From contig CAWEHB010000001.1 in assembly GCA_963808705.1 (NCBI GenBank), positions 72,397 to 136,396 of the forward strand: a stretch of 64,000 nucleotides of DNA, in the 5' to 3' direction. This DNA comes from an uncultured Actinomycetota bacterium. Its GTDB lineage: Bacteria > Actinomycetota > Actinomycetes > Streptosporangiales > Streptosporangiaceae. The notes beneath the pieces are model-generated. The model was not told the origin of the DNA, searched no databases, and worked only from the letters and a program-made list of their open reading frames with translations. The stretch's first letter is position 1. The number at the start of each line of letters is the position of its first letter. The translations under genes and the position numbers were made by a program. This document shows, in pieces, positions 16,995 to 26,679 of the stretch.

Positions 16995-19900
16995 ATGCTG
17001 CTCGGTCGGGAGCGGGAGCGGCTGGAGATCGAGGACGCTCTGGACAGGGCGCGATCGGGGGCAAGCGCCGTGATCGCGCTCGTCGGTGCGCCCGGGATCG
17101 GCAAGACGGCGCTGCTCGACGAGGCGGCGCAGCGCGCAGCGGGGATGCGGCTGCTGCGCGCCCGCGGGGTCGAGTCCGAGGCGCACATCCCGTTCGGGTC
17201 CCTGCTCGAGCTGGTCCGGCCCGCCCTGGTCATGCTGGAGAAGGTGCCGGAGCCGCAGGCGGTCGCGCTGGGCGGCGCGCTGGCGCTGCGCCCCGGGCCG
17301 GCCCAGGAGCGTTTCGCGATCGGCGCGGCCACGCTCAGCCTGCTGGCCGCCTACGCCGAGCAGGGCCCGGTGGCGGTGCTGATCGACGACGCCCACTGGC
17401 TCGACGAGTCCAGCGCCCAGGCGCTGCTGTTCGCGTTCCGGCGGCTGATGGCCGACCCGATCGCGGTCTTCCTGGCCGTCCGCGAGGGCGAGCCGTCGCT
17501 GATCGACGGCTCCGACCTGCCCACGCTGCACCTGAAGGGCCTCAGCAGCGACGACGCTGCGACGCTGCTGCACGGCCTGCCGGCCGAGACGGCCCGGCGG
17601 CTGCACGGCGCCACGGCCGGCAACCCGCTCGCGCTGCTCGAGCTCGCGCCGGACGCGCACGACCTGGCGCTGGCTCCCGAGGGCGCCCCGGTCCTGGTCT
17701 CCACCCGGATCTCGCGCGCATTCCTGCAACGGGCCGGCTCGCTCGACGAGTCCGCCCGGCGCGCGCTGGTCCTCGCCGCGACCAGCGACAGCGGCGACCT
17801 GCCGACGCTCGAGCGGGCCGCGGCGCGGCTCGGGATCGACCTGAAGGCGCTGGCCGTCGCGGAAAGCGCGGGCCTGGTCACGCTGCGCGCGGGCGCGGTG
17901 GAGTTCCGGCATCCGCTCGCGCGGTCGGCGATCTACGCCGACGCGACCGCCGGGCAGCGGCGCGACGCGCACCGGGCGCTGGCCGCCGCCCTGCCCGACC
18001 GGGACGTGGACCGTCGGGCCTGGCACCTGGCCGCCGCGGCGATCGGCACGGACGACTCGGCGTCGGCCGCGCTGGAGCAGGCGGGTGCCCGCGCCCGCGA
18101 CCGCAGCGCGTACGCCACCGCGGCCGCGGCGTTCGAGCGGGCCGGGCAGCTCGCGGCCGACACCGAGCGGCGTGCCCGGCTGCTGTGGGAGGCGGGCGAG
18201 GCGGCGTGGCTGGCCGGCCTGGCCGACCGCGCCGTGTCCCTGCTCGACCAGGCCCGCGCGGCCACCGGCGATCCCGGGCGGCTGGCCGAGATCGACCAGC
18301 TCGCCGGGCACATCGCGGTGCGCCGCGGTCCCGTGATGCGCGGCCACGCGATCCTGACCGCGGCCGCCGGGCGGGCCGATCCCGAGCGGGCCGTGGAGAT
18401 GCTCGCCGATGCCGCATTCGCCTGCCTCTGCGCCGGGAACCCGGCCGAGGTGCTGTCAATCGCCGAGCGGGCGCGAGTCCTGCTGCCCCGCAGCGCCTCG
18501 GTGCGCGCCCGCTTCCTGGCCGAAATGACCGCCGGGATGGCCCGGATCCTCGGCGGTGACGCCGCAGCCGGCGCGGAAGCGGTGCACGAAGCGGTCACCC
18601 TCGCCGAGAGCTCGCCCGACCTGCGCGATGATCTCCGGCTGATGCCCTGGCTGACCCTCGGGCCGCTTTTCCTGCGGCGGACCGGGGCCGCCGGGCGCTG
18701 GCTGCTTGAGCACGCGCTGCGGACCGCCCGGGACCGGGCCGCGGTCGGCGCGCTCCCGTTCCTGCTCAACCTGATCGCCCGCGACCAGGCCAACACCGAC
18801 CGCTGGGCGGTGGCCGGGGCCACCTACCGCGAGGCGATCGACCTGGCCCGGGAGAGCGGGCAGCAGACCGAGCTGACCTTCGGCCTGGCCGGGCTGGCCT
18901 GGCTGCAGGCGCGCCGCGGGCGGGAGCAGGAATGCCGGGCCTGTACCGCCGAGGCGCTCAGCCTCAGCCACGAGCTCGGGACACGGCTGTATGAGGTCTG
19001 GGCCACGGCCGCGCTCGGCGAGCTCGAGCTGGGCCTCGGCGACGCGGCCCGCGCCGCCGGGCACTTCGAGCAGCAGCAGAAGCTCCTGCTTGACCTGGCC
19101 ATCACCGACGCCGATCTCTCGCCCGCGGCCGAGCTCGTCGAGGCCTACGCCCGGCTCGGGCGCGACGGCGAGGCGCGGCAGGCCGCCGACCGGTTCATCG
19201 CCGCGGCCCGGGCCAAGGGCCAGCCATGGTCGCTCGCCCGCGCCCTGCGCTGCCAGGGGATACTCGCCGCGGGCCCCGGCTTCACCGCGTCCTTCGAGCA
19301 GGCGCTGAGCTACCACGAGCAGACCCCGGACGCGTTCGAGACGGCGCGCACGCGGCTGGCTTACGGCGAGCGCCTACGGCGGGCCCGGGACCGGATCCGG
19401 GCCCGGGAGCAGCTCCGCGCCGCGGCGGACGCATTCGAGCGCCTCGACGCCCGCCCCTGGGCCGACCGGGCCCGCGCCGAGCTCGCGGCGACCGGCGAGA
19501 CGCTCCGGCGACGGGACTCCAGCACGCTCGAGGAGCTGACGCCGCAGGAACTGCAGATCGCGCTGCTGCTCACCGCGGGCAAGACGACCCGGGAAACCGC
19601 GGCCGCGCTGTTCCTCAGCCCGAAGACCGTCGAGTACCACCTGCGCCATGTGTACCAGAAGCTCGGCATCCACTCGCGCGAGGAGCTGGCGCTGGCGCTC
19701 GCCGCGCAGGATCCCCAGCGGGCGGGCCGGCCCGCCCCCCGGTTACCCGGCCGGTCACTGGTTCCGCCAGCGCGCCCGGCGCTTCTGCGCGAACGAGGTC
19801 GTCCCTCGATCCCGTTTGCGCGGGCCCGTTCCGGGACACGTCCCGACGCAGTACTCGAGCCCGATCAGGAACGTGGAGGGATTCATGTCGGCGACGGCGA

Positions 19901-20372
19901 CGAGCATGATGCGACAGACCATGGACCGCCAGGCCGAGGTGCTGGCCGTGATCTTGAACGATACGGCACCGGTCCTGGCCGTGGCCGACCGGCTGCGCGG
20001 CCGCCGGGTCCTGGTGATCGGCACCGGCACCAGCTGGCACGCTGCCAACCAGGCGGCCGCGCTGCTGCGCGCGGCCGGGCTCGACGCTGCCGCGGCCCAG
20101 TCGGCCGACGCCGCGGCCGACGGCCCGCTGCCCGCCGCCGGCGGCGTGCTGCTGGCCTTCACCCACACCGGCGCCAAGCGCTACACGGCGCAGGCCGTGG
20201 CCCGTGCCCGGGCCCGGGGCGCGGACGTCGTCCAGATCTCCGGCACCGCCGTCCCGGACGCGGACCTGCACACCGTGGAACGGGAGCGCTCGTCGGCCTA
20301 CACCGCCAGCCACCTGGGTGCGCTGCTGCGCGCGGCGCAGCTGGCGCAGGCGCTGGGCGCGGATCTTCCTGA
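16995..20372 (+). CDS. LAL-type (large ATP-binding LuxR family) transcriptional regulator. The ORF has no stop for about 660 nt after its HTH.
   Basis: N-terminal Walker A (VGAPGIGKTALL), a TPR-like middle, and a LuxR HTH (LTPQELQIALLLTAGKTTRETAAALFLSPKTVEYHLRHVYQKLGI) ending near nt 19700. The remaining ORF is R/G/P-rich and overlaps the SIS gene out of frame. Confidence 0.8.
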   Translation: MLLGRERERLEIEDALDRARSGASAVIALVGAPGIGKTALLDEAAQRAAGMRLLRARGVESEAHIPFGSLLELVRPALVMLEKVPEPQAVALGGALALRPGPAQERFAIGAATLSLLAAYAEQGPVAVLIDDAHWLDESSAQALLFAFRRLMADPIAVFLAVREGEPSLIDGSDLPTLHLKGLSSDDAATLLHGLPAETARRLHGATAGNPLALLELAPDAHDLALAPEGAPVLVSTRISRAFLQRAGSLDESARRALVLAATSDSGDLPTLERAAARLGIDLKALAVAESAGLVTLRAGAVEFRHPLARSAIYADATAGQRRDAHRALAAALPDRDVDRRAWHLAAAAIGTDDSASAALEQAGARARDRSAYATAAAAFERAGQLAADTERRARLLWEAGEAAWLAGLADRAVSLLDQARAATGDPGRLAEIDQLAGHIAVRRGPVMRGHAILTAAAGRADPERAVEMLADAAFACLCAGNPAEVLSIAERARVLLPRSASVRARFLAEMTAGMARILGGDAAAGAEAVHEAVTLAESSPDLRDDLRLMPWLTLGPLFLRRTGAAGRWLLEHALRTARDRAAVGALPFLLNLIARDQANTDRWAVAGATYREAIDLARESGQQTELTFGLAGLAWLQARRGREQECRACTAEALSLSHELGTRLYEVWATAALGELELGLGDAARAAGHFEQQQKLLLDLAITDADLSPAAELVEAYARLGRDGEARQAADRFIAAARAKGQPWSLARALRCQGILAAGPGFTASFEQALSYHEQTPDAFETARTRLAYGERLRRARDRIRAREQLRAAADAFERLDARPWADRARAELAATGETLRRRDSSTLEELTPQELQIALLLTAGKTTRETAAALFLSPKTVEYHLRHVYQKLGIHSREELALALAAQDPQRAGRPAPRLPGRSLVPPARPALLRERGRPSIPFARARSGTRPDAVLEPDQERGGIHVGDGDEHDATDHGPPGRGAGRDLERYGTGPGRGRPAARPPGPGDRHRHQLARCQPGGRAAARGRARRCRGPVGRRRGRRPAARRRRRAAGLHPHRRQALHGAGRGPCPGPGRGRRPDLRHRRPGRGPAHRGTGALVGLHRQPPGCAAARGAAGAGAGRGSS

Positions 20373-20853
20373 GCTGGGCGCGGTCCCGGCCGCCGTCGAT
20401 CGCGTCTACCGCGACCCGAACGGCGGGCAGCCGCTGGCGCCGCCACCGGCGCGGCTCATCGAGTTCATCGGCGGCGGGATCAACCAGTGGACCGCGGCCG
20501 AGGGGGCGCTGAAGATCCGCGAGGCCGCGTACGTGGCCAGCGAGGGCCTTGGCGTGGAGCAGTTCCTGCACGGGCCCTCGGTGGCCCTGGGCCGGCAGGA
20601 CCGGCTGGTCTCGCTCGACGGCGGCGGGGCGTGGTCGGAGCGGATCGCCGAGGTGACCGGGGCCGCCGAGGACTCCGGCACCCCGGCGACCCGGGTTACC
20701 GATGTCGAGCTGGGGGAACTACTGTCGATCTTCCCGCTGACCGTGGCCGCGCAGCGCATCGCGCTCGAGGCCGCCGAGATACTCGGGACCAACCCCGACA
20801 GCTTCGGGCGGGACGTGCCCGGACGCGACGCCTGGAAGCGGGTCGAGCTGTGA
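19885..20853 (+). CDS. SIS (sugar isomerase) domain protein, GlmS-C/AgaS-like
   Basis: ATG at 19885 with a GGAGGG 4 nt upstream. VLVIGTGTSWHAANQAA..., then a second SIS half (FIGGGINQWTAAEGALKIRE). Confidence 0.85.
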   Translation: MSATATSMMRQTMDRQAEVLAVILNDTAPVLAVADRLRGRRVLVIGTGTSWHAANQAAALLRAAGLDAAAAQSADAAADGPLPAAGGVLLAFTHTGAKRYTAQAVARARARGADVVQISGTAVPDADLHTVERERSSAYTASHLGALLRAAQLAQALGADLPELGAVPAAVDRVYRDPNGGQPLAPPPARLIEFIGGGINQWTAAEGALKIREAAYVASEGLGVEQFLHGPSVALGRQDRLVSLDGGGAWSERIAEVTGAAEDSGTPATRVTDVELGELLSIFPLTVAAQRIALEAAEILGTNPDSFGRDVPGRDAWKRVEL

Positions 20854-20854
20854 C

Positions 20855-21670
20855 TCAGGCGGGTTCCGGCGCACCGAGCCGGGCCAGCAGCGCGTCGCGG
20901 GAGGCCGGGCGCAGCGCGTAGACCAGGATGAACAAGGCTTCCCGGGCCAGCCGCTGACCATGCTCGGCGACGAGCAGCGACCTGCTGCCTTGCGTCGTCA
21001 TCAGCGCGGACGCGGCCCGCAGCGCGAGCTCCCCGGCGGCCGCGCGAGCGGCCGCGGTGCCCGGGCCGGGCCGGTCAAGTTCCGCCCGCAGCGACGCGAG
21101 CTCGGCGTCCGTCGCGTTCAGGGCAGCTAGCTTGAGCCGCTCGGCGCGCACCGACGGCCCCTCGGCCGCGTCGACCAGCAGCCAGACGATCTCGTCGCCG
21201 GCCCGGGCCGCCACGTGGATGACGTCGATCCGGCCCCAGCCGGAGACGAACGGCGCCACCCCGTCCAGCCGCCAGCCCCCGGCGTCGGGCCTGGCCCGCA
21301 ACGGCGGCCGCGGCAGCAGGCCCGCCAGCGCGACCCCAGCCCGGATCTCGCCGCGCGCCAGCGGAGCCAGCCAGGTCGCGGTCAGCTCCGAGCGTCCGCC
21401 CTCGGCCAGGGCGCGCACCAGCCCGTTGTGCTGCGCCCAGACAAACGCCGTGGTCAGGCAGCCGCTGGCCAGGGCCTCCTGGACCGCGCAGACCGTGGGG
21501 AAATCGGCGCTCAGCCCGGCCGCGTCCTCCGGCGCCGCCAGGCCGTACAGCCCGGCGCCGGCCAGGGCGTCGAGCAACTCGCGCGGGACGACGTCGCTGG
21601 CGTCGGTGGCCAGCGCCGCGGGAAACAGCACCTCGTCGGCGATACGCTGAGCCACCTCAACGATGTCCAC
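20855..21670 (-). CDS. Acyl-CoA dehydrogenase-family protein (short, 271 aa)
   Basis: N-terminal and middle ACAD-like segments (LYGLAAPEDAGG.., GWRLDGVAPFVSGWGRID). GTG start. Its stop is 1 nt from the convergent SIS stop. Confidence 0.7.
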   Translation of the reverse strand: MDIVEVAQRIADEVLFPAALATDASDVVPRELLDALAGAGLYGLAAPEDAAGLSADFPTVCAVQEALASGCLTTAFVWAQHNGLVRALAEGGRSELTATWLAPLARGEIRAGVALAGLLPRPPLRARPDAGGWRLDGVAPFVSGWGRIDVIHVAARAGDEIVWLLVDAAEGPSVRAERLKLAALNATDAELASLRAELDRPGPGTAAARAAAGELALRAASALMTTQGSRSLLVAEHGQRLAREALFILVYALRPASRDALLARLGAPEPA

Positions 21671-21742
21671 CGGCCGAGCCTAGATCATCTCGGTCACGGT
21701 GACGCGACACCGACCGCCCTAGCCGACCGCGAGGCGGAACTG

Positions 21743-22459
21743 ATGCACTTTGAGCACTCTGGCGAGATCTGGCGCGACTTCCCCGAACTGGTGCCCGGCG
21801 TCGTGTTCGCCGAGGGCCTCGGCCCGGAGGTGCCGGCCGACGCCCGGACGGCTAAGTTCACCGCGGCCGCAAGGTCCCGGCTGGCGACGGCGACCGAGGC
21901 CGAGCTGCCCGAGATACGAGCCTGGCGGCGCGCCTTCGCCAGAATGGGGCTGAAGCCGACCCAGTACCGGTGCGCCTCGGAGTCGCTGCTGCGGCGCTTC
22001 CGCAAGGAAGGGGCCCTCCCGCAGGTTCACCCCCTGGTCGACCTGTGCAACGCGATCTCGCTGGCCTTCGCGATCCCGGTGGCCGTCTTCGACGTCTCCA
22101 GGATCACCGGGGATCTGCGGGTGCGGTACGCGGACGGCGACGAGGACTACCTGACGTTCTCCGGCGAAACGGAGCACCCGTCCCCGCACGAGGTGATCTT
22201 CTCGGACGCCGCCCGGCGGGTGCACGCCCGCCGGTGGACGAACCGGCAGAGCGGCTGGTCGGCCGTCCAGGTTTCGACGACCGCGGCCCTGATCGTGGCG
22301 GAGGCGATGCACGACTCGGCCCCGTCGGACGTGCGGGAACTCACCGATGCCGTGGCCGGCGAGCTGTCCGGTGCCTGGTCGGTCACGCCGGCGCACGCCG
22401 TGCTCAGCCCGTCCTCGCCGCGCTTCGCCTTCGGGCGCCGGCCCGGCCCGGCCGCGTAA
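21743..22459 (+). CDS. B3/B4 tRNA-binding domain-containing protein
   Basis: Internal ATG of track ORF 21215..22459. IRAWRRAFARMGLKPTQYRCASESLLRRFRKEG..PLVDLCNAISL is typical of the B3_4 family. Confidence 0.8.
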   Translation: MHFEHSGEIWRDFPELVPGVVFAEGLGPEVPADARTAKFTAAARSRLATATEAELPEIRAWRRAFARMGLKPTQYRCASESLLRRFRKEGALPQVHPLVDLCNAISLAFAIPVAVFDVSRITGDLRVRYADGDEDYLTFSGETEHPSPHEVIFSDAARRVHARRWTNRQSGWSAVQVSTTAALIVAEAMHDSAPSDVRELTDAVAGELSGAWSVTPAHAVLSPSSPRFAFGRRPGPAA

Positions 22460-22493
22460 CCACCAGCCCGGGGCCAGCCGCGTAACCACCGGG

Positions 22494-23867
22494 TCAGCGG
22501 CTCACCGCCTGCTTGACCAGCGTGCGCCCGAAGTCCCACATCAGGCCGCTGCCGCGGTGGGCGTCCTTCATGACGTCGTCGAACGCCTCCCGGAACAGCG
22601 CCACCTCGGTCTCCCCGATGGTCAGCGGCGGCAGCAGCTTGATCACCTCGGTGTGGTCGCCGGACACCTGGGTGAGGATGCGGTGCCGCTGGAACAGCGC
22701 GACGACCACCATCTGGGCGAACAGGCCGACCCGCGCGGACTGCAGCATGCTCCAGCCGGGCCGCAGCTTCAGCGAGCGGGGCTTGCCGAACTCCAGGCCG
22801 ATCATCAGCCCGCGCCCGCGCACCTCGGCCAGCAGTTCGTACTCCTCCACCATGTCCTGGAGTGCGGCCTGCAGTGCGGCTCCGGTGCGCTCGGCGTTGC
22901 TGACGAGCTGCTCGTCCTCGATGACGGCGAGCGAGGCCAGCCCGGCCGCCATGGCCGCCGCGTTGGAGCCGAAGGTCGAGTCGTGCACCAGCACCCGGTC
23001 CATCGAGGAGTACACCTTGTCGAAGATCCAGCCCTTGGCCAGCGTCGCGCCTACCGGGACGAACCCGCCGGACAGGGCCTTGGCCACGGTGACGATGTCC
23101 GGCTCGGCGTCCTCGTACTGGTAGGCGAAGAACCGCCCGGTCCGGCCCAGGCCGGTCTGCACCTCGTCGCAGATCAGCAGCGCGCCGTGGTCGTGCAGTA
23201 GCTTGCCCGCGGCGCTGAGGAACCCGTCCAGCGGCATCCAGACGCCCTTGCCCTGGATCGGCTCGACGATGAGCGCCGCGACGTCGCCCTTGCGCAGCTC
23301 GACTTCTAGCGCGTCGGTGTCGCCGAGCGGGATCGGGACGTCCGGCAGCAGCGGGTCGAAGCCCTTGCGGAACTCGGCCGCGCCGTTGACCGACAGCGAG
23401 CCCGTGGTCAGGCCGTGGAAGGCGTGGCTGCAGTACAGGATCCGCTTCCTGCCGGTCGCGTACCGGGCGAACTTCAGCGCCGTCTCGACCGCCTCGGTGC
23501 CGCTGTTGCCGAAGTACACCCGGTCGAACTCGGGCGCCTGGCCCAGCAGCCGCTCGGCGAGCAGGCCGGGCAGCAGCGCGCAGTCGAACTGGACCATGCT
23601 GGCGAGCTCGGCGTCGAGCATGTCGTGCAGCGCCTTGCGGACCACCGGGTGGTTGTGGCCCACCCCGAAAACGCCGAAGCCGGCCAGGAAGTCGGCGTAG
23701 CGGTTGCCGTCGCGGTCCCACAGGTAGGCGCCCTCGGCCCGTTCATACACCTTGTCGAATCCGATGGCGTGCAGCATGCGGGGCAGCTGCGGGTTGAGGT
23801 ATCGGGCGTGCAGGTCGTATCCCTCGCCGCGCCGGGCGGTGAGGAGAGAGGGCAAGTCGAATCCCAT
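22494..23867 (-). CDS. Class III PLP-dependent aminotransferase (ornithine/putrescine/GABA aminotransferase family)
   Basis: FLAGFGVFGVGHNHPVV, LICDEVQTGLGRTGRFFA and DIVTVAKALSGG (the PLP lysine region). AGGAGGAAAA SD. Confidence 0.9.
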   Translation of the reverse strand: MGFDLPSLLTARRGEGYDLHARYLNPQLPRMLHAIGFDKVYERAEGAYLWDRDGNRYADFLAGFGVFGVGHNHPVVRKALHDMLDAELASMVQFDCALLPGLLAERLLGQAPEFDRVYFGNSGTEAVETALKFARYATGRKRILYCSHAFHGLTTGSLSVNGAAEFRKGFDPLLPDVPIPLGDTDALEVELRKGDVAALIVEPIQGKGVWMPLDGFLSAAGKLLHDHGALLICDEVQTGLGRTGRFFAYQYEDAEPDIVTVAKALSGGFVPVGATLAKGWIFDKVYSSMDRVLVHDSTFGSNAAAMAAGLASLAVIEDEQLVSNAERTGAALQAALQDMVEEYELLAEVRGRGLMIGLEFGKPRSLKLRPGWSMLQSARVGLFAQMVVVALFQRHRILTQVSGDHTEVIKLLPPLTIGETEVALFREAFDDVMKDAHRGSGLMWDFGRTLVKQAVSR

Positions 23868-24032
23868 GGCAGCAGTTTTCCTCCTGGTCGCCTATCGGGC
23901 TGCCGACGTCGACATTAGTGGCCGAGGATCAGTCGCACGCCGGCCGCGGCCCGGCAGTTCCATGATCGTGGTTGATCCATGACGTATATCGCCACCGATC
24001 CGCCACGATGATGAATGCCCCGGCCTCGAAGG

Positions 24033-24866
24033 TCAGGCTAGCGGGCGCAGCGCGTCGGCGAGCGGGCCGAGGATGTCCGGCGGCGCCTGGTGCGGCAAGT
24101 TCATGATCACTAGGTCCGCCCCGGCGTCGCGGTAGGCGGCGGCCACCTCGGCCGCGGGGCCGATGCCGTCCTCCATCCGGACGTTGACCGAGCAGGTGAT
24201 CTCGGCCGGGTCGCGCCCGAGCCGCTCGCAGTGCTCGACCAGGGTCTCCTTGAGGCTCTGCCAGTCGTCGGGGCTCTGCGTGATCGCGTTCCACTGCTGG
24301 GCCCAGCGCGCGGCGGTGCGCAGGGTCCGGGTCCGGCCGCGGCCGCCGATGGTGATCGGCGGGTGCGGCCGCTGCACGGGCTTGGGCTCGCAGCGGGCCT
24401 CGGTCAGGTGCAGGTACTTGCCGTCGAACGTCGTCGTGGTGTCGCTGAGCAGCCGGATGATGACCTCGACGCCCTCGTCGAAGCGGTCGAACCGCTCGCG
24501 GAGCGGAGGCAGGTCGATGCCGTAGGCGTCGCACTCCATCTGGTTCCAGCCCGCGCCGAGCCCGATCTCGAGCCGGCCGTCCGAGATGATGTCCACGGTC
24601 GCGGCCATGTTGGCCAGCACCGCCGGGTGGCGGTAGACCATGCCGGTGACCTGGCAGCCGAGCCTGATCCGCCTGGTGGCCTGGGCCAGCCCGGCCAGCA
24701 TCGTCCATGCTTCGAGGTTGGGCCCGGTGAGGTCACCGGTCAGCGGGTAGAAGTGATCCCAGTTCCAGCCCGACTCGAACAGGTCAATCTCGTCGGCCGC
24801 CAGCCACACGTCGCGGAACTGTGCCCACGTTGCGTGCTCGGGCCTGGTCTTGATCGCGAAGCGCAC
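24033..24866 (-). CDS. LLM-class (luciferase-like) flavin/F420-dependent oxidoreductase
   Basis: VRFAIKTRPE...GRLEIGLGAGWNQMECDAYGI... GTG at 24866 is preceded by GAGGAGGA. Confidence 0.85.
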   Translation of the reverse strand: MRFAIKTRPEHATWAQFRDVWLAADEIDLFESGWNWDHFYPLTGDLTGPNLEAWTMLAGLAQATRRIRLGCQVTGMVYRHPAVLANMAATVDIISDGRLEIGLGAGWNQMECDAYGIDLPPLRERFDRFDEGVEVIIRLLSDTTTTFDGKYLHLTEARCEPKPVQRPHPPITIGGRGRTRTLRTAARWAQQWNAITQSPDDWQSLKETLVEHCERLGRDPAEITCSVNVRMEDGIGPAAEVAAAYRDAGADLVIMNLPHQAPPDILGPLADALRPLA

Positions 24867-24988
24867 TGATCCTCCTCGTCCGCAGGCCGGTGCCCGGCTC
24901 GGCACCTCATGCCGGAAACGTAACAGAACGCTCCGGGGCGGCAGCCCTGCCCCCGGGCCGTCCATCGGGCCTGGGCGGCCGGGAGGAT

Positions 24989-25114
24989 CTCACCGCCGTC
25001 GTGCTGGACGAGTACAACCTGACCAGGGAACTCGTGCTGGCGGTGACGGGGCACGACAGGCTGCTGGCCGAGCGGCCCGTGCTGTCCCGGGCCGTCGCGC
25101 TGCGACGGCCCGTA
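24989..25114 (+). pseudogene. Relic of the extreme C-terminal region of a phosphoenolpyruvate carboxylase gene
   Basis: LDEYNLTRELVLAVTGHDRLLAERPVLSRAVALRRP(V/Y) matches the conserved PEPC C-terminal pattern (..LL..xPxLxxSIxLRNPY). The frame is lost at the NPY position, and no upstream PEPC sequence remains. Confidence 0.35.
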
Positions 25115-25211
25115 CGTGGAACCCGGCCGACGCGGCACGACGGCACGGCGGCACGGCGGCACAGCGGCAGCGGCGCGGCGGAGGCAACTGCGGGGACGGT
25201 AGGGTCGGTTC

Positions 25212-25841
25212 GTGGCTAATGACTGGCGGGTGACGGTGACGCTGCACGATCCGGCCCATGTCGGGCGGGCGCTGGAGTCGCTGCATGAGCACGAGGTCGA
25301 GGACGACGCGCGCCGCCGGCTCGGCCATCGCGTCGCGGTGAGCGTGGACGCCCCCAGGATCTTCCTCTACGCGGGTACCGAGAATGCCGCCCGGGAGGCA
25401 GACCAGGTAGCGCGCGAACTGACCAAGCAGCACGGCCTGTCCGCCGACTTCGCGCTCGAGCGGTGGCATCCGATCGAGGAGGAATGGGAGGACGCCGACG
25501 TCGCGATGCCGCAGACCGCCGAGCAGCGCGAGGCGGAGCACCGGCGTCTCGAGGCAGACGAGACGCGGGAATCCGACGAGTACGGATCCCCCCAGTGGGA
25601 AGTGCGCATCGAGATGCCGTCGCGTCACGCCGCGGAGGAACTGGCCGAGCGGCTGCAAGCAGAGGGGCACCCGGTGGTCCGGCGCTGGACGCTGCTGGTC
25701 CTCGGGGCTGACGACTCCGACGACGCCGATGCCCTGGCCCAGGTGCTCAAGCGGGAGGCCCCCGCGGACGCGAAAGTGGAGACCGCGGAACTCGGTCCCC
25801 TGGTGCCGTTCACCCAGATCGGGCCGATCCCCATCTGGTAA
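25212..25841 (+). CDS. Hypothetical acidic protein (209 aa) with two similar halves
   Basis: Track ORF with a GTG start. It has a realistic composition and repeated WRVTV.../WEVRIEMP... modules. Confidence 0.65.
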   Translation: MANDWRVTVTLHDPAHVGRALESLHEHEVEDDARRRLGHRVAVSVDAPRIFLYAGTENAAREADQVARELTKQHGLSADFALERWHPIEEEWEDADVAMPQTAEQREAEHRRLEADETRESDEYGSPQWEVRIEMPSRHAAEELAERLQAEGHPVVRRWTLLVLGADDSDDADALAQVLKREAPADAKVETAELGPLVPFTQIGPIPIW

Positions 25842-25877
25842 CCGCCGCGCCCCGCGGCATCCGGCTGCGTACCGCCG

Positions 25878-25927
25878 CATCCCCCGCACCCCGGGCATCA
25901 GGCCATCCCCCGCACCCCGGGCATCAG
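25878..25927. repeat. 24-bp direct repeat x2 (26-bp period) covering the stop codon of the TauE gene
   Basis: catcccccgcaccccgggcatcag occurs at 25878-25901 and 25904-25927. Confidence 0.85.
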
Positions 25928-26679
25928 TGATAGGCGCCGATGCCGAGCCGGACGGCCAGGATCAGGCCGCCTATCCCGATGCCGGTGCGCAGGGCCCGCG
26001 CGGGAAGCCGGCGGACCAGCGCGGGCCCGATCCAGCCGCCGAGCAGGAATCCCGCCGCGAGCGGCGCGGCAGCGGCCCACCGCACCGGCCCGAAGATCGC
26101 GAAGCCTATGGCGGCGGCGGCGTTCGCCATCCCGGACACGACGTTCTTGACCGCGTTGATCCTGGGCAGCGGCTGGTCCAGCATCGCGGTGAGGACCACG
26201 AGCAGGAGGATCCCCGCGGCCGCGCCGAAGTACCCGACGTAGACCGCGACCCCCGCCAGCGCCGCGCGCAACCGCCAGCTGCGCTCGCCGCCCGGGCGCG
26301 CGGTCAGCCCGGCGATCATCGGCTGGATGATCAGCAGCACCGAGGCGACGCCGATGAGGACCGGGGCGACGGCCTCGAACGCGGAGGCGGGGGTGAGCAG
26401 CAGCAGCGCCGCGCCGGCCGCCCCGCCGGCCGCGGTCAGCGCGCCCAGTCGGCGGACCAGCCTGCCCTGCCCGGCCAGTTCCTGGCGGGACCCGGCGGCC
26501 GCGCCCGCCCCGGTGAACACCAGCGCCACGGTGTTGGTCACGTTCGCGCTCACCGGGGGCAGCCCGAGCGCGAGCAGCACCGGGTAGGAGATGAGGGAGG
26601 CGAGGCTGGCCACGGTGCTGGACACGCCGGCCAGGGTTCCGGCGCCGAACAGCGCCAGGATCGCGAGCCAACTCACCAC
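25924..26679 (-). CDS. Sulfite exporter TauE/SafE-family membrane protein
   Basis: 251 aa with about 7-8 TM helices. LISYPVLLALGLPPVSANVTNTVAL is typical of TauE/SafE. Confidence 0.9.
   Translation of the reverse strand: MVSWLAILALFGAGTLAGVSSTVASLASLISYPVLLALGLPPVSANVTNTVALVFTGAGAAAGSRQELAGQGRLVRRLGALTAAGGAAGAALLLLTPASAFEAVAPVLIGVASVLLIIQPMIAGLTARPGGERSWRLRAALAGVAVYVGYFGAAAGILLLVVLTAMLDQPLPRINAVKNVVSGMANAAAAIGFAIFGPVRWAAAAPLAAGFLLGGWIGPALVRRLPARALRTGIGIGGLILAVRLGIGAYH

Noticed and set aside
22451-22490. Direct 14-mer repeat (gccgcgtaaccacc x2) between the convergent B3/4 and aminotransferase genes, and an imperfect inverted repeat at about 23958-24010
   Set aside because: These are short and isolated, with no associated structure or flanking feature. 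They could be operator or terminator remnants, but the sequence does not argue for a function.
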